Source: Promethearchaeota archaeon (GTDB lineage Archaea > Asgardarchaeota > Lokiarchaeia > Sigyniarchaeales > SOKP01). From it: a stretch of DNA of 64,000 bases. A program made the translations under genes and the position numbers. Position 1 is the first letter of the stretch; each line of letters begins with the position of its first letter. Shown here piece after piece: positions 57,423 through 64,000 of this stretch. The notes under the pieces were generated by a model that made no database searches, was not told where the DNA came from, and was given only the letters and a program-made list of their open reading frames with translations. The DNA is taken from contig JAHPZE010000008.1 in NCBI GenBank assembly GCA_019058365.1, forward strand, positions 64,001-128,000, given 5' to 3'.

Positions 57423-58076
57423 TTATAACCAGAAGTGAATTATAGGTGAGAAAGTTTGTCCAAGCCAGTAATAAAAAGTAACCCAATATGTATAAGTAAT
57501 ACCAAGATACAAAAGAGCATATAATATTGCGAAAAAGAATCCAAAAAATACATCTATCGGGAAATGTACCCCTAATATTAATCTTGAAATTGCCATAATA
57601 ATATCTAATATAATAAAAACAGATAAAATAATCCAAAAAAATTGCGTAAAATAATAAGCAAATATAAAACCAAAAAACAATACAAAGGTTACGTGCCCTG
57701 AAGGGAATGATTGTTTTTCTGATTCTTTCATAATATATGGAATTCTAATAAAATCATCATATTTCTTTACGCCCTCATTTTGAAGTGTAACGAATGGGCG
57801 ATTTCTTCTAATTATCTTATAACGTATGATGCTATGAATAATGATACTTTGTTCGAAACCACCAGTAAATAGCACTAAGAGATAATAATCTTTTGTAATA
57901 TATCCGTAGAAATACCATATTAACCAAACCAAACCCCAAAAATACATGGAGCCGAAAAAGCTATATACAATGGCGAATTTTTTTGTTTTTCTACTAAAAT
58001 CACTTTTGTAAATACTTAAAAATGCCCGGTGATCCCAATCCTCTATTTTTCCAAGATATTCTGATAGTGATGACAT
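57423..58076 (-). CDS. PAP2-family membrane phosphatase
   Basis: RRNRP, SFPSGH, SRLILGVHFPID. Confidence 0.93.
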   Translation of the reverse strand: MSSLSEYLGKIEDWDHRAFLSIYKSDFSRKTKKFAIVYSFFGSMYFWGLVWLIWYFYGYITKDYYLLVLFTGGFEQSIIIHSIIRYKIIRRNRPFVTLQNEGVKKYDDFIRIPYIMKESEKQSFPSGHVTFVLFFGFIFAYYFTQFFWIILSVFIILDIIMAISRLILGVHFPIDVFFGFFFAILYALLYLGITYTYWVTFYYWLGQTFSPIIHFWL

Positions 58077-58426
58077 TATTAAGTTATAAGTCTAATATTG
58101 CATAGGATTTAAATAAAATACAAAAATTGATATTTATACTTTTTGCTACACTTAATCATCTTGATTAATTTTATTATTCCGAATATAATTAGTATTATTT
58201 TAAAGATATAACTTAAATTAAAGACTTTAAAAAGACTTTAGAGTCATTTTCATATCTATCATTAAAATTTGGAAATCACTTTCTTTCTATAATTTGTAAT
58301 TTTAAAGATTTTAAGGTTGCTATGCGTGTTTTATTGGTATGTAGATCCAACAAGTATAAATACAAGTATAGATACTAGAATTTAAAGGAATTAAACTTAT
58401 GATTTTCCAAGAATTATGATGTAATT

Positions 58427-58945
58427 ATGATTGAAAATAATGCATTCTCAGAAGAAAGTTTAAGAAAAATTGCTGCTCAAAAAGTAAGTTTTAGGTTCTC
58501 TGTTAGGATCCATGTGTCTATTTTTATCATTGTTAACTTTTTACTTTTTACAGTAGATTTAGTCTTTACACCAGGACTTTATTGGATCATATTTCCCTTT
58601 TTTTCATGGTTAATAGGAGTTAATATGCATACTTTAGCATATCTCTTATATGCAAGAGGAGTTTATCCAATGGCTAAACGAGGAGTGATTTATCACATAG
58701 TATCTTTTGTCTCTGTTATGCTATTTCTGTTTATAATTAATTTTGCAACACTTTCGGAATATTATTGGGTAATATTTCCTGCAATTTTTTGGGGTACAGC
58801 TGTTATTTTACATATAGTAATTTACATACAATACTTTAGTGGAAAAGCTGAAGAAGGTGGGAAGCTTAGATCAAGAAAAGAGCGTGCAATTGAAAAGGAA
58901 TTACAAAAAATGAGGAAAAAGCAAGAAAGAAATCAACAAAAATAA
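58427..58945 (+). CDS. Tandem 2TM-domain membrane protein
   Basis: Two H...F..V..LF..(N/D)...W.IFP...W....H repeats; ERAIEKEL tail. Confidence 0.8.
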   Translation: MIENNAFSEESLRKIAAQKVSFRFSVRIHVSIFIIVNFLLFTVDLVFTPGLYWIIFPFFSWLIGVNMHTLAYLLYARGVYPMAKRGVIYHIVSFVSVMLFLFIINFATLSEYYWVIFPAIFWGTAVILHIVIYIQYFSGKAEEGGKLRSRKERAIEKELQKMRKKQERNQQK

Positions 58946-58952
58946 TTTCAAA

Positions 58953-59585
58953 ATGTGGTTAGGTAAATTTTTAGATCTTGAAGACGATATTGAAGAACTG
59001 GGTTCTATAATTAAAAAGGAAATCCTTGACAATCTTCAAAAAAGCAAACTTACCCCTCTCGAATTTACTATTATTGAGACAATTTTCAATAGTGAACAGC
59101 TTTCTGGTTATGACTTAATAAAAAATTTAAATAGAAGTTTCGCTGGTACATGGGAAGCTCAATCTGGTACCATATATCCACTGTTAAGAAAATTAGAGAA
59201 AGATGGATTTTTGAAAGCTAAGAAAGTAAAAAGCCCAATTGGACCATTAAGAAAAGTTTATTCCTTAACTGAAGTAGGAGATGAACTATTAAAATTTAAG
59301 GTGAACAAAAACTACTACGACCAGTTAAAGTTTGTTGAGAATTTTTTAGTAGAACTCTCATCAATCTTTATTCGGTCTTTTCCTATTAAAGAACAGAGCC
59401 AAAAGATAGCAGAAATACAAAATGCTCTCAATGAAACTCTTATAAATGTGATGCAAAATATCCCACCAACATTAGAATTTAACACAACATGTAAAAATTG
59501 TGGAACTGAAATTGGTCGAGAAGTTGCTTATTGTCCCCAATGTGGAAAATCATTATTTGATGAAATAGAAGTTAAAAAAGATTAG
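58953..59585 (+). CDS. PadR-family transcriptional regulator with C-terminal zinc ribbon
   Basis: SGYDLIK, SGTIYPLLRKLEKDG, RKVYSLTEVG; CKNCG...YCPQCG. Confidence 0.9.
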   Translation: MWLGKFLDLEDDIEELGSIIKKEILDNLQKSKLTPLEFTIIETIFNSEQLSGYDLIKNLNRSFAGTWEAQSGTIYPLLRKLEKDGFLKAKKVKSPIGPLRKVYSLTEVGDELLKFKVNKNYYDQLKFVENFLVELSSIFIRSFPIKEQSQKIAEIQNALNETLINVMQNIPPTLEFNTTCKNCGTEIGREVAYCPQCGKSLFDEIEVKKD

Positions 59586-59610
59586 AATAAAGATAATTTA
59601 AGCTTGTTAA

Positions 59611-60891
59611 TCATTCAATTTCAATACCATATTTTCTGAATATTTTTTTAAGCTCTTCATCTGCAAGGTGCTTTAAAATATCCTCTAAAGGTGCTAAAAT
59701 TTCATCTTTTTTAGCAGTTCGGTTCTGACTTATCCTCCCCTCTTTCACTTCTAGCGCTGTTTGAGCCCAACTATACTCATCATTAAATGTAAAGAGAACA
59801 TCCTTATAAGCACCCTCTGTTCCACCATCTCCTGCAAGTGGTTTTTTTTCAATTGGAACCTCTGGGTCTTGTAAATAACACCAATCAAGTATTACCCATT
59901 CTAATTTCCTTTCGGATTCGGGTCTATCAGCGAGATAAAGACAATAAGCATGACCTCCTAATTCAGAATTTGATGGGGCAAAAACAGGATCAGCTAAAAC
60001 TTCAGCAGCAGATACTTTTACGCGCCAACTAGGGATGCCTGCGTTGATCAATAGAGCCGCAATCAGAATTGCTCCATCTTCACAATCTCCAATCTCTGCT
60101 TGTAAACTCTCGAAGGGGAACAGCCAAAATTCTGGTACTTCAGCAGTTAAATCATCATATTTATACTTCAGAAAATTACAGACGAAATTTTGAATAGCTA
60201 ATGCAGTTTTGTTAGGTGTTTCTTTTCTTAATCCCAACTGTGTTATAACATGCCATAATATAGCATCATTCTTTTTAATAAAAGCCTTAACATCTACATC
60301 TATTTGTTTCTTGTACATTTCTGCTCTTAATGCTCTGCCAGTGTATATGATTGGAGCGGTTTCCCATTTATTATTCCAATAATCTGGCCCGTATTTTCCA
60401 TAATCTCCTTTAAATTCCTCGATGGGTACATAATCAATTTTAGGTATATGGCTTGGAGCGGGTTCTTCTTTTTTCACTGGTTTCTTCGCTGGTTTTTTCT
60501 CAGGGGTTCCTGAAAGATCTTTGGCAGCCTTAATCCAACTTTCAATTTCTTTTTGAGTAGGCATTTTTATGAGAGCTTTAGGATTATCTTTTTTAAATTG
60601 TTTTAATTTTTCAAGAGTACTTTTAGCATTTCTATAGGCAAATTCCTTCACAGAATCTACACCTATAAGATTTAATGCATTAGCCATTTCAGGGCTTACA
60701 CCTTGGATCCGCATTAAATCTGCATGTTCTTGCCATGTATCAACTAATTTCACTGACACTCCTATCTTTCTAGCCAATTTTCTAATTTCATTATATGTAA
60801 GAGGTATAAGATCTTCTACTGTAGAAATTCCTTCTTTCTCTAACTTTTTTGCATGATTTTCGGTAAGACTAATAATTTCTGTTAATTTCAT
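59611..60891 (-). CDS. DUF4332 (HhH-like) domain + transglutaminase-like cysteine peptidase
   Basis: KLEKEGISTVEDL...ADLMRIQGV...GVDSV; GDCEDGAIL, GGHAY, VILDW (Cys-His-Asp). Confidence 0.8.
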   Translation of the reverse strand: MKLTEIISLTENHAKKLEKEGISTVEDLIPLTYNEIRKLARKIGVSVKLVDTWQEHADLMRIQGVSPEMANALNLIGVDSVKEFAYRNAKSTLEKLKQFKKDNPKALIKMPTQKEIESWIKAAKDLSGTPEKKPAKKPVKKEEPAPSHIPKIDYVPIEEFKGDYGKYGPDYWNNKWETAPIIYTGRALRAEMYKKQIDVDVKAFIKKNDAILWHVITQLGLRKETPNKTALAIQNFVCNFLKYKYDDLTAEVPEFWLFPFESLQAEIGDCEDGAILIAALLINAGIPSWRVKVSAAEVLADPVFAPSNSELGGHAYCLYLADRPESERKLEWVILDWCYLQDPEVPIEKKPLAGDGGTEGAYKDVLFTFNDEYSWAQTALEVKEGRISQNRTAKKDEILAPLEDILKHLADEELKKIFRKYGIEIE

Positions 60892-61017
60892 ATGTATATC
60901 TCCCTAAATTTTAGAAAATAAATATATAATAATTAAATTTGTTAATATTAATGTTTATTCAATTTACTCGGGTTAAAAAATTAACATGAACACTTAAAAA
61001 TGTAAAATAAATTTCTC

Positions 61018-61695
61018 TTATGAATCTTCTAGTGGAATAACTACAAATATTTCATTCTCAACTAAATTATAAATTAACATTGCAATCTCCACATTATCCA
61101 ATTTTAGAACTTGGCATGCTTTAGTAAATAGTGGGCCAAGTAATATTCGCCCTTTATTTTTATGAGCAACATCCTTAGCAATTTGGAGAATTTCCTTTAT
61201 TTTTAAAGATATCTCTTTTCCTTTAGTAGATCCCATTTTATATGGCAATATAAGACGTAAGTGAAATTCATCATCAACGATCATATCCACACTCACTTTG
61301 TATAACGATTTACGTTGAAAAATTGAAATATCTCCGTTGAATTCAGAATATAACTCTTTAAGCTCGTGATTGTATAATTTTTCAAATCTATTACAAAAAG
61401 AAGTTAAAACTTCTCTCGCAATAATAATAGGTTTTTGATTGGATATAATAGTAGTCCAAATCATTTTTCCCGTACGTGTTATTAAATATTTGCCTTCCAA
61501 AGTTGCTTGTTCGATTGATCCCTCTACTAAAGGCAAATCTAAGATTTCATATTGAATTGAGCTTCGAAAGATATCAAGGAAATCTGGATCAAAATCACCA
61601 GCTGTTTTATAGTAAATAATCTCTTTTGATTCTTTATGAATAATAACAATATACTCGATTGATAATGCTAAAGAAAGATACTCCGGAATAAGAAT
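61018..61695 (-). CDS. Longin-like domain + C-terminal winged-helix-like protein; N-terminus extends beyond the ORF-track start (ATT/CTG start)
   Basis: In-frame upstream IEYIVIIHKESKEIIYYK...FDPDFLDIFRSSI; F.NRFEKLY...FNGDISIF; no ATG/GTG/TTG in the extension. Confidence 0.6.
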   Translation of the reverse strand: MLIPEYLSLALSIEYIVIIHKESKEIIYYKTAGDFDPDFLDIFRSSIQYEILDLPLVEGSIEQATLEGKYLITRTGKMIWTTIISNQKPIIIAREVLTSFCNRFEKLYNHELKELYSEFNGDISIFQRKSLYKVSVDMIVDDEFHLRLILPYKMGSTKGKEISLKIKEILQIAKDVAHKNKGRILLGPLFTKACQVLKLDNVEIAMLIYNLVENEIFVVIPLEDS

Positions 61696-61868
61696 CAGTA
61701 CCCATCGCTGTGATTTCTATGTATATTGAATAGTACCTTTTTATTTATAATTTTGCTCAATAATTATCATAAACTTGGAAAATATTAAATATATAGGAAG
61801 TACTAATGAATCATACTGTATAGACTGAAAGCTTATACAGATGCGATTTCAAAACTTATATTAATAAG

Positions 61869-62195
61869 GTGGTAAATGAAATGCTTTTTATATCTTATTG
61901 GGAATTAAATCCAGATTTTGATCCCTCAGAATTGGCTGAAATTGCCCAAAAGCTTATGAGTAAAAAACTTTATCCTGTTGAAGGAGTTAAACAAATAGGC
62001 TTTTATATCAGTACCTCAGATTATTGGGGTATCACTATTGAAGAAGCCGAGAATGTGGAACAGATTGCGAAAGGTTCAATGGTATGGAGACTTGCAAAAC
62101 CTGGTTATATTACGGTTATGAAAACTACTCCTGCTATGGATGCAACAAAAATGATACCTCTTGTAATGAAATTAAAAAAGGAAATGAAAAGTTAA
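61869..62195 (+). CDS. DUF3303-like small alpha/beta protein
   Basis: MLFISYWEL...PVEGVKQIG.Y...WGITIEEAE...TTPAM. Confidence 0.6.
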   Translation: MVNEMLFISYWELNPDFDPSELAEIAQKLMSKKLYPVEGVKQIGFYISTSDYWGITIEEAENVEQIAKGSMVWRLAKPGYITVMKTTPAMDATKMIPLVMKLKKEMKS

Positions 62196-62529
62196 ATTCA
62201 GATTAAATCTTTAATTTTAAATCTTTTTTTTTGAATTTATTAAAATTTGATGGCCTTTTGTAAGGCTTTAAAGATTATAACTTAGCTCAATTAAACATTA
62301 AATTCAAATATAAATAAGCGACTAAAATTAAGTCGTAAGTTTGAGGTATAAAGAATGCTATATTTAAGATTATTAAAACCAAGTGTTAACCTAAATAAAG
62401 CAACAGAAATTCAATGAAATAAAAAGATTGAGGTGGGAAGTTCTTCACCTTCAGACAACCCTAACATGTTTTGAAACCTTGAAATATACATTTGAATTTA
62501 AAATTTACTCCAGAATAAAGAAAAAGGTG

Positions 62530-62675
62530 TGGAGAGGGGGAGATTTGAACTCCCGAAGGCCTTTTGGCTATCCAGTTATAAACTGAATATTTGCCACTGG
62601 ATCTTAAGTCCAGCACCTATAGTCTTGACCCATTTTGGTGTAAAATGGCGTTTGACCATGCTCGGTAACCTCTCC
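62530..62675 (-). tRNA. tRNA-Leu(UAA) with two introns (62619-62651 in D-loop; 62563-62590 in variable arm)
   Basis: Acceptor GGAGAGG/CCTCTCC, anticodon arm CTGGA-CTTAAGA-TCCAG, T arm GGGAG-TTCAAAT-CTCCC; removing 33-nt and 28-nt BHB-type inserts gives an 85-nt type II tRNA. Confidence 0.92.
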
Positions 62676-62949
62676 ATTGCAAAAATAAGAAATTTTATTT
62701 TAAAAACGGTAATTCTAAGCTTTTAAGGGTAACAATAAATCAAAGTTATAATTTTAATTTAAATTTTTTCTTAGCTTAATTTATATTAGGGATTTGATTT
62801 GTGTTAATGGTCAGATAAGATATGCATAAAAATAAAAAGAAATAAATAAAAGTAAGATATTAAAATAATAACATAAATAGTAATGATTCAAGTCTACAAA
62901 TAAAATTACGTACTTATCTTATATAACTTAAATTAAATGGTATAAAATC

Positions 62950-63327
62950 ATGCCTGTAGGTATTCTTGTAATTCGCTGGGATAATGAGATTGGTCCTATT
63001 AATGAAGGCTTTTATCCGAATACTCTAAAAATAACAAACAACTTGTTAACACAAGTTTACAGTTCACATCGGTATCAATCTTTAAAACCTGGTTTTGCGT
63101 CAATTGCTCTTAAAAATAATAAAGTAGTATCGTTCTTCTCTGGAGTTGGACAAGATTTTATTTCCGTGGAAAATTATGTCGTGGCACTTCTACTTCGGCG
63201 AGATGAGAAACCTGGTAAATATCGTGAGATATTAAAAACAATTTCGGCCGAAATACTTGAAAAAATTCCAGATGATAAGTATAAAGAAGTATTACCACGT
63301 TTGTATGATCAGTTAGCAAAAATTTAG
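62950..63327 (+). CDS. Stand-alone uDENN/longin-like protein
   Basis: GILVIRWDNEIGPINEGFYP matches the (F/W)D...GP....YP start of uDENN longin domains. Confidence 0.65.
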   Translation: MPVGILVIRWDNEIGPINEGFYPNTLKITNNLLTQVYSSHRYQSLKPGFASIALKNNKVVSFFSGVGQDFISVENYVVALLLRRDEKPGKYREILKTISAEILEKIPDDKYKEVLPRLYDQLAKI

Positions 63328-63427
63328 AGCAATCTATTTTAACTCCTTATTTTATCGATAGAATAATTTTTAAAAGGGATATCAGAAAACTTCAATGCTA
63401 TTATTAAAATTTGAAATTGGAAGGAAC

Positions 63428-64000
63428 TTAAAGCTCTTCCTCTCTTTTTATAACGATTTTTCCTCTATCATTTGTTTCGATAAGACTCATACTTTCTAAT
63501 TGTTGCACATTCTTTTTTACTGTGACTATTGGAATACCAAGGGCATTTTTAAGATCTTCTAAAGTAATTCCTCCAACTTCTTCAACTATTAAGAAAGTTT
63601 TAAAAAGAGGTTCCTTCTCCATTAAGGGTTTTAACTTTTCATAATAATTGATGCTATCTATATTATCTTTTTGGAGTGTCTTTAATTCATTAAGGTTTTT
63701 AGTTAGCTTCTCAATTTCTTCATTTGCATCTCTATTTTTATCGCCTAATTCTCCTACTTTGGCAATTAGCTCATCATATTTTGATCTCATACTTTCAAAA
63801 CGGGAAGCAAAATCTTTTGCTTCAGAAATCTTTTCTGTAGATGTTAACTTGCTGTCCATTAAAAAGGAATCAAGTTTATTAATTTTAGATCTTAATTCTT
63901 GGGTCTCATTTCTATATTTTTGTTCCATTTCTTCTATCATTTTAACTTGTTCTTCTTTAAATTTATCAGTAAATGCTTCTAATTCTTTTATTTTTGTTTC
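63428..64000 (-). CDS. Coiled-coil protein with C-terminal winged helix (5' end outside window)
   Basis: Heptad-rich region; ITLEDLKNALGIPIVTVKKNVQQLE..SLIE; frame open to the window edge. Confidence 0.7.
   Translation of the reverse strand, partial: ETKIKELEAFTDKFKEEQVKMIEEMEQKYRNETQELRSKINKLDSFLMDSKLTSTEKISEAKDFASRFESMRSKYDELIAKVGELGDKNRDANEEIEKLTKNLNELKTLQKDNIDSINYYEKLKPLMEKEPLFKTFLIVEEVGGITLEDLKNALGIPIVTVKKNVQQLESMSLIETNDRGKIVIKREEEL

Noticed and set aside
62529-62726. 65-aa ORF in the track
   Set aside because: Antisense shadow of the tRNA-Leu gene

Overview
AT-rich archaeal chromosome segment whose gene content points to an Asgard archaeon of the Lokiarchaeia type: an actin homologue, two Rab-like GTPases, several longin/uDENN-like and roadblock proteins, a ubiquitin-like protein, a WD40 protein, and archaeal housekeeping genes (folD, nadA, rpl37e-SmAP, sepF, PINA-endA). 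Main observations: (1) A ~5.4 kb block (30296-35717), visibly more GC-rich than its flanks, lies between two copies of a 47-bp direct repeat. It carries a split PlsA/PlsR (plasmalogen synthase)/Ger-like ATPase-Fe-S cluster whose first subunit is fused to a DHCR24/TmsA-like FAD oxidoreductase, a candidate bacterial-type ether-lipid or lipid-reduction system. (2) At least five genes have conserved or plausible N-termini that can only be translated from a non-canonical (most likely ATT) start codon. (3) A tRNA-Leu(UAA) has two non-canonical BHB introns (D-loop and variable arm). (4) The actin has a double zinc-ribbon insertion. (5) Other notable proteins are an SSUH2-like zinc-finger protein, an unannotated 53-aa SAM-like protein and a threonine synthase-wHTH fusion. 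(6) There is a sirtuin/MFS duplication scar and a candidate structured ncRNA. All family assignments are from motif recognition by eye; no database searches were run.
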